A DNA stretch of 64,000 nucleotides from an uncultured delta proteobacterium (GTDB taxonomy: Bacteria; Myxococcota_A; Polyangia; Polyangiales; Polyangiaceae). The DNA lies in assembly GCA_963731595.1 (NCBI GenBank), contig CAVSWE010000003.1:172948-236947 (forward strand), read 5' to 3'. Under the pieces are notes generated by a model. It ran no database searches, was not told the origin of the DNA, and saw only the letters and a program-made list of their open reading frames with translations. This document shows positions 42,551 to 52,715 of the stretch, piece after piece. Every line of letters begins with the position of its first letter. Within the stretch, counting starts at the first letter, position 1. The translations under genes and the position numbers were made by a program.

Positions 42551-43489
42551 CCCGAAGATCTCGCCGGCGATTTCACGCACCGCGCGCTCGACGGCTTGAT
42601 CGGAGGTGTTGTGCATCCGAAAGCCGAGGGCCGCCAGCTTGTCGGGTCGCAGTCGCGAGCGGGCGACGTCGCCCGGCCACCCCTGGGCGCTCGTGCCGAA
42701 GGCGATGCGGGCGCCCGGGTTGGGCGAGCTGGCGACGCACAGCTCGGCGATGCGACGCACGGAGGTCGTGTCCGGCGGCGCGAGGTTGTAGATCGCGGGG
42801 TTCTCGCCGCTCGCGTGGTCGAGGACGAAGAGGATCGCCTCGGTGCAGTCGCTGACGTGGAGGTACGGCTTGCTCTGCCGGCCGTCGCCGAGGACGTCGA
42901 GGCAATCGGGCTTCTGCTGGAGCTTCTTGCAGAAGTCGACGATCGCGCCGTGCGTTCCCCGCGCACCCACCACGTTTCCGAATCGGCAGATGTAAGATCC
43001 GAGGCCGAAGCACTCCGAATAGGCCGCGATGAGCGCCTCGCCCGCGAACTTGCTCGCCCCGTAGAGCGAGATCGGCAAATGTCCGAGATCGGCCTCGCCG
43101 CACGGCTGATCGGTGTTGCCGTACACGGTTCCGCTCGAGGAGAAGACGAACTTGCCGACGTGCGTGAGCCGCGCAGCCTCGAGCGAGTTGTACGTCGCGA
43201 TGGTGCCTTGCTCGAGGTCGAGGCGCGTTCGCTCGAGCCCCCAGCGGGCCTCGGGGTTCGCCGCGAGGTGAAATACGACGTCATGGCCGGCCATCGCCGC
43301 CTGGAGCGCGTCGAGCTCGAGCGCGTCGCCGACGACCAACTTGGCCGCGCCGCTCGCGAGGTGTGCCGCTACGAATTCCCTCTTGCCGATCGACAGATTG
43401 TCGAAGATCGTCACCGGGCCGCGGGCGACGAGCCGGTCGACCAAGTGGCTTCCGATGAACCCTGCACCGCCGACGACGAACGACCGCAT
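42533..43489 (-). CDS. NAD-dependent epimerase/dehydratase (extended SDR; nucleotide-sugar epimerase-like).
   Basis: MRSFVVGGAGFIGSHLV Rossmann motif and catalytic YGASK (YxxxK). Confidence 0.8.
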   Translation of the reverse strand: MRSFVVGGAGFIGSHLVDRLVARGPVTIFDNLSIGKREFVAAHLASGAAKLVVGDALELDALQAAMAGHDVVFHLAANPEARWGLERTRLDLEQGTIATYNSLEAARLTHVGKFVFSSSGTVYGNTDQPCGEADLGHLPISLYGASKFAGEALIAAYSECFGLGSYICRFGNVVGARGTHGAIVDFCKKLQQKPDCLDVLGDGRQSKPYLHVSDCTEAILFVLDHASGENPAIYNLAPPDTTSVRRIAELCVASSPNPGARIAFGTSAQGWPGDVARSRLRPDKLAALGFRMHNTSDQAVERAVREIAGEIFGSASNV

Positions 43490-44366
43490 GGATGAGGGAG
43501 CGGAACATAGTGCGAAACCGGGCGCCTTGCGAGCGTTCGTCGCCGGCCTCCGTGAGGTCATGTTGCTGCGTGGGGCGCACGCCGTCGTCGCGGGGTACGG
43601 CCCCGCGACGCTGGCCGCGATCCGCGAGCACAAACGTGCCGCCTCCGCGCGACTGCGCGCGTCGCGCCGACTCTCGAACCCTCGCCTCGCCGTCGAGCTG
43701 CTCGCCGCGGCGCGCACGCACGCGGTGCTCGCGGCGGCCGCGGCAGGGCGCGCGGCGCCGCCGCCGATGGACGCCGTCGGTCTCGACGCGCTGCCCTTCG
43801 CCGATCTCGAGACCCTGCGCGATCGACTCGAGCTCGAGATCGGCGAGATCCTGGCTTCGATCGAGTCGCGCACGCCGACGGAGCTCCGTGGCCTCGTCTA
43901 CGGCCGGTTCGCGGCGATCGCCCTGGCCGTCTGCGCGGCCCTCTGGGCCGAGAGCAAGCCGTACCGAATCCACGACGTCGCGCTCGGCAAGCCGGTGACC
44001 ACGAGCCCGCTGCTCGCTCCTCCGGCGACGCCCGAGGGGATCGTGGACGGCCGCACGCGCGGCACGTTCGGGCTGCAGACGACCCGAGGGCGCGCGCCTT
44101 TCGTGACCATCGACCTCGAGCGCACGTACCTGATTCGTCGCATCGCGATCTACAACCGCGCCGACGGCTGGTACGACGAGATCCTGCCGCTGTCCCTCGA
44201 GGTCTCCGCCGACGGCATCACCTTCGAGCACGTCGCGACGCGGACCGAGCACTTCACCGTGTGGGACTTGCGCTTCGACGCCGGGCTCAACGCGCGCTGG
44301 GTCCGCGTCTCCAAGGACAACGGCTACATCGCCCTGAACGAAATCGAAGTCTATGCCCGCAACTGA
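43488..44366 (+). CDS. Type II membrane-anchored F5/8 type C (discoidin/CBM32-like) domain protein.
   Basis: About 150 aa cytoplasmic N-region, TM RFAAIALAVCAALWA, and a C-terminal discoidin signature ...FVTIDLERTYLIRRIAIYNRADGWYD...SADGITFEHV...WVRVSKDNGYIALNEIEVYA. The ATG forms a CATG overlap with the divergent epimerase start, so the start is uncertain. Confidence 0.65.
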   Translation: MDEGAEHSAKPGALRAFVAGLREVMLLRGAHAVVAGYGPATLAAIREHKRAASARLRASRRLSNPRLAVELLAAARTHAVLAAAAAGRAAPPPMDAVGLDALPFADLETLRDRLELEIGEILASIESRTPTELRGLVYGRFAAIALAVCAALWAESKPYRIHDVALGKPVTTSPLLAPPATPEGIVDGRTRGTFGLQTTRGRAPFVTIDLERTYLIRRIAIYNRADGWYDEILPLSLEVSADGITFEHVATRTEHFTVWDLRFDAGLNARWVRVSKDNGYIALNEIEVYARN

Positions 44367-46194
44367 CGCTCCCAAGCGCGACTGGTCGCGAATCGGCCGT
44401 ATCGCGCTCGAAGTGTTCACCTGGCTCCTCGCGCTCGGGATGCTGGCGCTCGTCGTCGCGCCCGTCTTCATCCACACCGACACGTACGGAGTCCACGACT
44501 GGGACCAGATGGAAGCGCACCGCTACCTCGCGGTGAAGACCATCAAGCGCTACCACCAGTTCCCGTTCTGGAACCCGTATAGCTGCGGCGGCCACACGTG
44601 GTGGGGCGGGCTCGAGAGCGGCACGTCGCTCGTGTCTCCTTGGCTGCCGATCTACCTGCTCGCGCCGTTCACCTGGGCGCTGCGGCTCGAGATCGTCGGC
44701 GCGGCGCTCTTGTCGGTGGTCGGTACGTGGCTCTTCGCCGGTCGCTTCACGCGGAGCCCCGGGCTGCGCCTGCTCGCGATTGCGGCGTTCGCGCTCGACG
44801 GCCGATTCACGCTCCAAACCTCGGTCGGCCACACGTGGCACCTCTATTACGCTTGGACGCCATGGGCGCTCTACTTCCTCGACCGCGCGATCGCGATCGC
44901 GCCCGGCGCGTCGCGCAAGACCGCTTTTCGCGACGTCGTGTTCCTCGGCGCGACGCTCGCGATGATGGTCTACACGGGCGGCATCTACCCGCTGCCCCAG
45001 ACGATCGTCATGATCGCGATCTATTCGATCACGTGCGCCGTCGTGACTCGCTCGACCCGGCCGGTGACGCTGGCGGTCGCCGGCGGGCTCTTGTCGTTCG
45101 CCTTCTCGGCGCCGCGGCTCCTGCCGATCATCGAGATGCTCCGGCACTACCCGCGCCTCGTCGACTCTCCCGAGTCGATGGATCTCGGCGCGCTCATCGG
45201 GGTCTTCACGGCGAAGGAGAGCGAGCCTCGCCCCTCGCTCGGCCCGTGGGGCTGGCACGAGTTCGGGATCTACGTCGGGTGGGTGCCGTTCGCGATGATG
45301 CTGTTCGCGCTCGCGGTCGGCGGCCGCGCGCGGGAGCGCGCGCTGCGTCTCGCAGGCGCCTTCGCGCTCGTCTGCGGGCTCGGGCGCTTCCACAAGTACT
45401 CGCCGTGGGGGCTCATGCATGACCACCTGCCGATCTTCGAGTCGCAGCACGTGCCCTCGCGCTGGCTCTACCCCGCCGCGCTGATGCTCGTCGTCGCGGC
45501 CGTCGCGGTCGTGGAGCGCTGGCTCGCGCACCGGAGGCGGCGAGGCTTGCTCGAGGTCGCGGTGATGTCACTCGCCGCGTACGTCGCGCTCGACGTGGGC
45601 CTCGAGGCGCAGCGGCCGCTGGTCGGCGCGTTCGCCTACCATTTGCGCCCGCTCGTCGACAGCGTCGGCGAATTTCATCAAGAGCGCACGGCGCCGCCCG
45701 AGCTTCGTTACGACGGCTCCGATTGGGCACCCCCGAACATGCCGTCGATGATCGCGAACGTCGGCGTGCTCGCGTGCGGCACCTTTCCCGGCTTCGACTC
45801 CTATTACCGCGACGCTCACGACCACTCGCCGGGCATGGGGGCAAAGGCCCGTGGAGACGCTGACTATCGCGGCGAGGTCTACTTCCCGTCGGGTCACGGC
45901 CGAGCTTCGATCACGTCGTGGTCTCCGAACGCGGTCACCGTCTCGTACAGCGACGCGCAGCCCGGCGATCTGCTCGTCTTGAACGAGAACTGGGACTCCG
46001 GCTGGCATGCGAGCGGAGGCCGCGTCGAGGCGCACGCCGACGCGATCGGCGTACGCGTCGGCGCGAGCGAAGGCGTCGTCCGCTTCCGCTATACGCCGCC
46101 TTTCTTCTGGCTCGGCTGTTGGATCTTCGCCTCGACGGTCGCGGGCCTGGTGCTCTTGAAACGGCGAAACGTGGTAAAACGAGCGGAAACTTAG
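44353..46194 (+). CDS. Polytopic membrane protein (613 aa), GT-C-like; overlaps the stop of the upstream discoidin gene.
   Basis: At least 11 TM helices, a first loop HTDTYGVHDWDQMEAHRY rich in acidic residues, and a C-terminal ~180 aa soluble domain. Confidence 0.6.
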   Translation: MPATDAPKRDWSRIGRIALEVFTWLLALGMLALVVAPVFIHTDTYGVHDWDQMEAHRYLAVKTIKRYHQFPFWNPYSCGGHTWWGGLESGTSLVSPWLPIYLLAPFTWALRLEIVGAALLSVVGTWLFAGRFTRSPGLRLLAIAAFALDGRFTLQTSVGHTWHLYYAWTPWALYFLDRAIAIAPGASRKTAFRDVVFLGATLAMMVYTGGIYPLPQTIVMIAIYSITCAVVTRSTRPVTLAVAGGLLSFAFSAPRLLPIIEMLRHYPRLVDSPESMDLGALIGVFTAKESEPRPSLGPWGWHEFGIYVGWVPFAMMLFALAVGGRARERALRLAGAFALVCGLGRFHKYSPWGLMHDHLPIFESQHVPSRWLYPAALMLVVAAVAVVERWLAHRRRRGLLEVAVMSLAAYVALDVGLEAQRPLVGAFAYHLRPLVDSVGEFHQERTAPPELRYDGSDWAPPNMPSMIANVGVLACGTFPGFDSYYRDAHDHSPGMGAKARGDADYRGEVYFPSGHGRASITSWSPNAVTVSYSDAQPGDLLVLNENWDSGWHASGGRVEAHADAIGVRVGASEGVVRFRYTPPFFWLGCWIFASTVAGLVLLKRRNVVKRAET

Positions 46195-46208
46195 GAGGGA
46201 ACTCCCCA

Positions 46209-46865
46209 ATGGCGATCTTCATCGACAGCTCCGACCCGAAGGAAATCAAAGACCTCTTCGCGTGGGGCGTGCTCTCCGGCGTCACGACGAACCCCCTCAT
46301 CATCTCGAAGGAGAGGCCCGACGCGGACCTCGGCGAGATTGTCCGCGAGATCCTCGCGGTGAGCTGGGGCGACGTTTCGGTCGAGCTCACGACCGAGACC
46401 GAAAGCGAGATGCTCGCGGAAGCGTCCGGGTATCACGCGTGGGATCCGCAGCGCATCACCATCAAGGTGCCGATGAGCGAGGCGGGCCTTCGCGTGCTCC
46501 ACCAGCTCTCGAAGAAGGGCGTGAAGACGAACGTCACGTGCCTCATGTCGATGAACCAGGCTTATCTAGCTGCGCTCGCAGGCGCGACCTACGTCAGCAT
46601 CTTCTCCGGTCGCGTCCGCGACATGGGCTACGACGTGAAGCCGATCATCGCCGCGACCCGCAACGTGCTCGACCGCGAGAATCTGCCGTCGAAGATCATC
46701 GTCGGCTCGATGCGTCACATGATGGACGTGAACGAGGCGCTCGAAGCCGGCGCTCACGTGCCCACGATCACGCCGACCATCTTGCGCAAGATGGTCTGGA
46801 ATCCGCGGACGATCGAGACCATCAACGAGTTCAACACCGCGTGGAGAAACCGCGGCAAAAAGTAG
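46209..46865 (+). CDS. Transaldolase/fructose-6-phosphate aldolase family protein (TalC/FSA-like, 218 aa).
   Basis: GVTTNPLII motif and a KVP Schiff-base lysine region. A strong GGAGGG RBS sits 8-9 nt upstream. Confidence 0.85.
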   Translation: MAIFIDSSDPKEIKDLFAWGVLSGVTTNPLIISKERPDADLGEIVREILAVSWGDVSVELTTETESEMLAEASGYHAWDPQRITIKVPMSEAGLRVLHQLSKKGVKTNVTCLMSMNQAYLAALAGATYVSIFSGRVRDMGYDVKPIIAATRNVLDRENLPSKIIVGSMRHMMDVNEALEAGAHVPTITPTILRKMVWNPRTIETINEFNTAWRNRGKK

Positions 46866-46880
46866 GCTCGCGGTCGAGCG

Positions 46881-47867
46881 ATGTCCAAGCGCGCGCTGAT
46901 CACCGGAATCACGGGTCAAGATGGCTCGTACCTCGCCGAGCTACTGCTCGAGAAAGGCTACGAGGTGCACGGCCTCGTGCGTCGTTCCAGCTCGCTCAAC
47001 CGAAGCCGCATCGACCACATCTTCAACGCCGATCTCTCGCACCGGCGACACTTGCACTATGGCGATCTCACCGACGGCTCCTCCGTAAACCGCTTGCTCC
47101 GCGCGATCCGGCCGGACGAGATCTACAACCTCGGCGCGCAGAGCCACGTCAAGGTGAGCTTCGAGATCCCCGAGTACACCGCCGAGACGGCCGGGCTCGG
47201 CGCGCTTCGTTTCCTCGAGGGCATTCGCGAGACGGATCTCGTCACGCGATTTTACCAGGCGGGCTCGTCCGAGATGTTCGGCTCCGCGGCGGCGCCGCAG
47301 TCCGAGCTCACGCCGTTCCACCCGCGATCGCCCTACGCCGCAGCGAAGGTGTACGCGCACACGATCGCGGTGAACTACCGCGAAGCGTACGGGATGTTCG
47401 TCTGCAACGGCATCCTCTTCAACCACGAGTCCCCGCGGCGCGGGGAGAACTTCGTGACGCGCAAGATCACGCGCGGCGTCGCGGCGATCAAGCTCGGCCA
47501 GCAGAAGCAGCTCGCGCTCGGCAACCTCGACGCGCAGCGCGATTGGGGCTACGCGAAGGACTACGTCGTCGCGATGTGGCAGATGCTCCAGTGCGACCAG
47601 CCCGACGACTACGTCGTCGCTACGGGCGAGACCCACACCGTCCGCGAGTTCTGCGAGGTTGCGTTCGCTCACGCCGGGCTCGACTACCGCAAGCACGTCG
47701 TCATCGACCCGAGCTACTTCCGCCCGACCGAGGTGGACGTGCTGCAGGGCGACGCCCGCAAAGCTCACGCCGCGTTCGGGTGGAAGCCCACCGTGAAGTT
47801 CGAGGAGCTCGCGAAGCTCATGGTCGACGCCGACCTCGACGCTCTCCGCAGCGGGCACGCCCAATGA
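46881..47867 (+). CDS. gmd: GDP-mannose 4,6-dehydratase family (Gmd/DmhA-like).
   Basis: [36 protein letters not shown] catalytic motif, 328 aa. Confidence 0.9.
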   Translation: MSKRALITGITGQDGSYLAELLLEKGYEVHGLVRRSSSLNRSRIDHIFNADLSHRRHLHYGDLTDGSSVNRLLRAIRPDEIYNLGAQSHVKVSFEIPEYTAETAGLGALRFLEGIRETDLVTRFYQAGSSEMFGSAAAPQSELTPFHPRSPYAAAKVYAHTIAVNYREAYGMFVCNGILFNHESPRRGENFVTRKITRGVAAIKLGQQKQLALGNLDAQRDWGYAKDYVVAMWQMLQCDQPDDYVVATGETHTVREFCEVAFAHAGLDYRKHVVIDPSYFRPTEVDVLQGDARKAHAAFGWKPTVKFEELAKLMVDADLDALRSGHAQ

Positions 47868-49105
47868 GCTACCGCGGGATCGCGGAGTGCCGCATCTGCG
47901 GCGGCTCGAACCTCGTCACGGTCCTCGATCTCGGCCAGCAAGCGCTGACGGGCGTCTTCCCGGACGCGAAGAACCCCGAGGTCGAAGTCGCGCCGCTCGA
48001 CCTCGTGAAATGCGACGGGCCTGGCTCGTGCGGGCTCGTGCAGCTGCGGCACACGTGCGAGCCGTCGCAAATGTATGGAGCGAACTACGGCTACCGCTCG
48101 GGGCTCAATCTCTCCATGGTCGAGCACTTGCGCGCCAAGGTCGCGCGCCTCGTCGAGCTCGCGCCGCTGGCCCCTGGCGACGTCGTGCTCGACATCGGCA
48201 GCAACGACGGGACGACGCTCTCGTCGTATCCGAGCACGGCGAAGCTCGTCGGCATCGACCCCACGGCGGCGAAATTCCGCCAGTATTACCCCGAGCACGT
48301 CACCGTCGTGCCGGACTTCTTCTCGTCCGCTCGCTTCCTCGATGCGAGCGGCGGCGCGCGCGCGAAGATCGTCACGTCGATCGCGATGTTCTACGACCTC
48401 GAGCGCCCGATGGACTTCATGCGCGACGTGTTTGCCTCGCTCGCCGACGACGGCGTCTGGCACTTCGAGCAGAGCTATCTCCCGTCGATGCTCGACGCGC
48501 TCTCGTACGACACGATCTGCCACGAGCACCTCGAGTACTACGCGCTCGCGCAGATCCAGTGGATGGCCGAGCGCGTCGGTTTTCGGATCGTCGACGTCGA
48601 GCTCAACGACGTCAACGGCGGCTCGTTCGCGATCACCGCGCGGAAAGGTCGCAACGGCGCCGCTTCGCCGCGCGTCGCGGAGCTCGCGGCCGCGGAGAGG
48701 ATGCGCGCGCTCGACACCCTCGCGCCCTACGAGAAATTCGCGTCCGACGTCGCGCACCACCGCGACGAGCTGCGCGCCCTCCTCGGGCGTCTGCGCGACG
48801 ACGGCAAGCGCGTCTTCGGCCTCGGCGCGTCGACGAAGGGCAACGTCCTCTTGCAGTATTGCGGCTTCGGCGTGCGCGAGCTCGCATGCATCGCCGAGGT
48901 CAACCCCGACAAGTTCGGCCACGTCACCCCCGGCACGAACATCCCGATCGTATCCGAGGCGGACGCGCTCGCGCGCGCCCCGGATTATTTCATGGCGCTC
49001 CCGTGGCATTTTCGGAGCACGCTGCTCCGCGCGCACGCGAGCTTCCTCGAGCGCGGCGGCAAGATGATCTTTCCGTTGCCGCGTCTCGAGATCGTCGGGG
49101 CATGA
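47864..49105 (+). CDS. Sugar C-methyltransferase (TylCIII/NovU-like: zinc ribbon, SAM methyltransferase domain, C-methyltransferase C-terminal domain).
   Basis: N-terminal CRICGG...C...C zinc-binding region. [10 protein letters not shown] (motif I). A C-terminal domain typical of NDP-hexose 3-C-methyltransferases. ATGA overlaps at both ends. Confidence 0.8.
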   Translation: MSYRGIAECRICGGSNLVTVLDLGQQALTGVFPDAKNPEVEVAPLDLVKCDGPGSCGLVQLRHTCEPSQMYGANYGYRSGLNLSMVEHLRAKVARLVELAPLAPGDVVLDIGSNDGTTLSSYPSTAKLVGIDPTAAKFRQYYPEHVTVVPDFFSSARFLDASGGARAKIVTSIAMFYDLERPMDFMRDVFASLADDGVWHFEQSYLPSMLDALSYDTICHEHLEYYALAQIQWMAERVGFRIVDVELNDVNGGSFAITARKGRNGAASPRVAELAAAERMRALDTLAPYEKFASDVAHHRDELRALLGRLRDDGKRVFGLGASTKGNVLLQYCGFGVRELACIAEVNPDKFGHVTPGTNIPIVSEADALARAPDYFMALPWHFRSTLLRAHASFLERGGKMIFPLPRLEIVGA

Positions 49106-49993
49106 AGCGAGCGGCCGTCATCGGCTGCGCGGGGCAAGACGGACGCCTCCTCCGCGAGCGCCTCTCGAAGGAAGCGGAGGTCGTCGGCGTGGATCTCGGC
49201 GACGTCGACCTCGCGGAATCCGGCGGCGACGACCGCGTGGATCGAGCGCATCGCGCCGGACGAGCTCTACTACCTGGCCGCGCACCATCACTCGGCCGAG
49301 GCTCTTCCGGACGACGCGAGCGAGCTCCGCGCGTGCACCGCCGTACACGTGACGTCCTGGGTGAACGTGCTCGACGCGCTCCGGCGGCACGCGCCCGCGT
49401 GCCGCGCGTTCTACGCCGGCTCGTCGCACATGTTCGGCCGTCCCGCGGTTTCGCCTCAAAACGAGACGACGCCGTTCGCACCACGAAGCCCGTACGCGAT
49501 CACGAAGGTCGCGGGCGCGCACGTCGCCGCGCTCTACCGTGACCGCGGGATGCACGTTTCGGTCGGCATCCTCTACAATCACGAGTCGGCGCTTCGCGGC
49601 CCGCAGTTCGTCTCGCAACGAATCGTCCGCGGTGCGAAGCGCGCGGCAAACGATCGCACCTTCGAGCTCGTGCTCGGCGACCTGTCCGCCGTAGTCGACT
49701 GGGGCTGGGCGCCCGACTATGTCGACGCGATGGTTCGCATTCTCGCGCAGCCGGCTCCGGACGATTACGTCGTCGCCACCGGGACGCCGCACTCCGTCCA
49801 GGACTTCGTGGCGAGCGCGTTCGCCTGCGCGGGCGTCGACTGGCGTTCGCGGGTGGTGGAGGATCCGACCATCGTCAAGACGAAGGCGCTCCCACTCGTC
49901 GGCGACTCGACGAAGCTCCGCGCACGTACCGCCTGGGCGCCTACGGTGACGTTCGAGGAAATGGTGAAGCAGCTCGTGCAAGGTGGGCAGTGA
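49105..49993 (+). CDS. GDP-4-keto-6-deoxy-sugar reductase/dehydratase family (Rmd/DmhB-like), with an apparent +1 frame shift near 49235.
   Basis: N-terminal [17 protein letters not shown] in frame 1. The rest is in frame 2 (...PDELYYLAAHHHSAE...SPYAITKVAG...). Confidence 0.75.
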
Positions 49994-50964
49994 CGTGAAC
50001 CTCGATCGGGTGGCGAGCGTGGCGACCGAGTGGCTCCTCCAGAAGGACGCGGAGACACGTGCGAGGGCGCGCGAGAGCAATCCGGAGCACGCGCGCTTGG
50101 TCCAGCTATGTCTCCGTGGCGCTGACGAACGACTCGACCTCCTCGGCGACGTCACGGAGCCCGTAGTCGCGCTCGCGTCATCCGCCGCGTTGCGCGAGGC
50201 GACGCTGCTGCTGCTCGAAGCGACGGGTTCGCGGAGCGGGCCGCTCGACGCCGTCGCAGAGCTCCGTCGCACCTGCGAAGAGCTCGCCGTTCCCGCGGGG
50301 ACATGCAGCGCAGCAGCGCGCTTGCTCGTCGACGACCCGCTCGCGCTCTCGGGTCTGGCGTCAGCGGATTTCGGTCCGTTCTGCGCTCGCCCTCGAGCAC
50401 GTCGCACGCGCGCTCCGCGCGCACCTCGACGGCCGAACCGCGTCGCGCATCGTGCGTTCGCGGCGCTTGCGCGTGGCGCTCCTCGCGGCGCTGGCCCTGT
50501 ACGGCGTCTTCGCGCTCGGGCTCGCCGTGTTCGGGCGCAAGAACATCGCACGCGGCAAGCCCGTCCTCATGAGCAGCGTCGACGGGGCCAGTGCCCCACC
50601 GCAGATGCTCGTCGACGGCGTTCGGTCCGCCGACACCAAGCCGGGCTCCCCGAAGCCGGACGTCGTCTACACGCGCCACGAGGCGCATCCCTGGGCGCTC
50701 GTCGATCTCGGGCGCGAATACAACATCCGGGAGGTGCGCCTGTACAATCGCGACGACGGAGGCTTCGACGACGGCCTCCCGTACATCGTCGAGTTCTCGT
50801 TCGACGGCCACACGTTCTGGGAAGTCGGCCGCTGCGAGACGCACTTCGGGAGTTGGTGGATCGACCCGCCCTGCCGTGTGCCGTGCGACCGGCGCACCAC
50901 GCGCTTCGTCCGCGTCAGCGCGACGGGTTACCTCGCGCTCAGCGAGATCGAGGTGTTCCCTTGA
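49983..50964 (+). CDS. Second membrane-anchored F5/8 type C (discoidin) domain protein, paralog of 43488..44366, with an apparent +1 frame shift near 50395.
   Basis: GTG start overlapping the upstream stop. N-terminal ~135 aa in frame 0. TM LRVALLAALALYGVFALGLAVFG plus discoidin ...WALVDLGREYNIREVRLYNRDDGG...FSFDGHTFWEV...RFVRVSATGYLALSEIEVFP in frame 1. Confidence 0.55.
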
Positions 50965-52715
50965 ACCGCCTCCGGCTCGCCGAGTGGCAGCGTCCTTTGC
51001 TCGCCATCTTTCTGACGCTGCTCACGCTGCGCATCACGGCCTATTTCTTCGCGATCCTGAACGACAACTTTCTCCACGCCGGCCTCGAGTACGACGAGAG
51101 CTATTTCGTGTGGTGCGGGTGGATGATCAACAAGGGCTTCGCGCCGTACCGCGACTTCCTCGAATTCAAGCCGCCGATGACGTTCATCACGCACGCCATG
51201 GCGCTGAAGCTCTTCGGGTTTCATGAGTTCGGCTACCGGAAGTTCTTCGCCTATTTTCCGCTGGGGTCCCTCCTCGCGCTGCAGCTCGCGATGTTGTCGC
51301 GCCGAATCGACCGGTGGCTCGCGCTCGCCCTCACGATCGCGTTCATCCAGATCTGGCTGAACCCCACCTTTCACGACGTGGCGCTCTCGGACTCGGAGTC
51401 GATCGGGCTCGCGTACTACCTGCTCGGGGTCGCCTGCCTGTTCGCGCGCACGCGCTTTCGAACGACGCTCCAGTGGTTGGGTGGGGCGATGTTCGCCTGC
51501 TCGATCTTTTCGAAGGAGCCGTTCTTGCCGTGCGTGGGCATGACGTGGATCAGCCTTTTCCTGCTGGGGGACGAGCCCGGGACGTTCGCCGTGCGTGCGC
51601 GCCGCTACGCGGGCCGGACGATCGGCGGCGGGCTCGTCGTGCTCGCCCTGCTGTGCGCTTACATGATCCCGAGCGGCGCGATGCGCGCGTACCTCGACGT
51701 CCTGCACCGGTACTTCCACTTCTACCGCGACGTGAAGGAGTCGTATTGCGTCGTCCTCGGGCGCTTTCATCCGACGGTGCCGTTGAACGACCTCCACATG
51801 CAGTGGCGGCAGGCGCGCGCCTCGTTCGCGAACTCGACGAACCTCGGCTTCCTCGCGCCGTTCGCCGCAGCCTCGATCGTGTTCATCTGGAAGCGCTCGC
51901 GCGTCCTGTTCGCGACCGTGCTCATCGGCGTAGGTTCGGCGCTCTGGGCCGTGACGGCGAGCAACTGCCAGTGGGCGCACTACTACACGATGACGATGAG
52001 CGGTCTCTTCTTCGCGCTCGTCGTGGGCCTCGATTCGCTCACGCCGCATTTCCGCGCGATGAGCCGCGCGTCGCGGGTGTTTCTCTCGATCGCCATGCTC
52101 GGCACCGTGCTCCTGCACGACTGGGTTCGCTTCGACGCCGAACGCGACAAGTACGGCACGCGGACGGCGCAGGAGTTCAAATCGAAGGAGCCCGTCCCCG
52201 GCGTGTTCGAGGCCGTGCAGCGGTACACGACGCCGGCGGAACGCATCGTCACGACCGGTGCGCCGAGCCTGTACATGCAAGTCGATCGGATCGACGGCAT
52301 GCGCGAATCCACCACCGACGACGAGGTGCTCGGCTTCTACAGTGGCGCCACGGACGAGGAAAAGCTCAGCAGCGTTAGAGCCGAGCTACTTCGTAGCCGC
52401 CCCAAGCTGATCATCCTCGACTCGTCGCCTTCCGGCGACGGGCGCAAGCGCCGCTGGCGCGCCGCGCTGTGGGACCCCTTCTTGCACGACTTCCATTATC
52501 GCGAGATCAAACCTCGCATTTACGTCCGACCGGATCTGATCAGTCCGGTCGGCGCGCGACGACGACGGCCTGCACGAAGAAATCCTTCGGCCCGAAGTCG
52601 TACGAGACGAGCTCGAGGCCGCCCGAGGCGAGGAGCTTCGAAGCCTCGCTCTTGGAGTGCACCAGCGACGGCTCCGGCGGGTGCAGTCGGACGTTCTTCG
52701 CGAGCACGTCGTTGA
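50961..52715 (+). CDS. GT-C-fold glycosyltransferase (ArnT/PMT-like, GT39/GT83 family); 3' end uncertain.
   Basis: TTG start overlapping the discoidin stop. First periplasmic loop LEYDESYFVWCGWMINKGFAPYRDFLEFKPPMTFI (DE motif and EFKPP, as in ArnT/PMT). More than 10 TM helices. The last ~60 aa are Arg-rich, so the true stop may lie nearer 52530. Confidence 0.7.
   Translation: MNRLRLAEWQRPLLAIFLTLLTLRITAYFFAILNDNFLHAGLEYDESYFVWCGWMINKGFAPYRDFLEFKPPMTFITHAMALKLFGFHEFGYRKFFAYFPLGSLLALQLAMLSRRIDRWLALALTIAFIQIWLNPTFHDVALSDSESIGLAYYLLGVACLFARTRFRTTLQWLGGAMFACSIFSKEPFLPCVGMTWISLFLLGDEPGTFAVRARRYAGRTIGGGLVVLALLCAYMIPSGAMRAYLDVLHRYFHFYRDVKESYCVVLGRFHPTVPLNDLHMQWRQARASFANSTNLGFLAPFAAASIVFIWKRSRVLFATVLIGVGSALWAVTASNCQWAHYYTMTMSGLFFALVVGLDSLTPHFRAMSRASRVFLSIAMLGTVLLHDWVRFDAERDKYGTRTAQEFKSKEPVPGVFEAVQRYTTPAERIVTTGAPSLYMQVDRIDGMRESTTDDEVLGFYSGATDEEKLSSVRAELLRSRPKLIILDSSPSGDGRKRRWRAALWDPFLHDFHYREIKPRIYVRPDLISPVGARRRRPARRNPSARSRTRRARGRPRRGASKPRSWSAPATAPAGAVGRSSRARR

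Noticed and set aside
49983-50400. Treating 49983..50400 as an independent small gene, separate from the 50452..50964 discoidin ORF.
   Set aside because: The frame-1 reading upstream of 50452 stays open and protein-like back to ~50395, where frame 0 turns Arg-rich. The paralogue 43488..44366 also has a ~150 aa N-terminal cytoplasmic region. A single frameshifted gene is more parsimonious, though this is unconfirmed.
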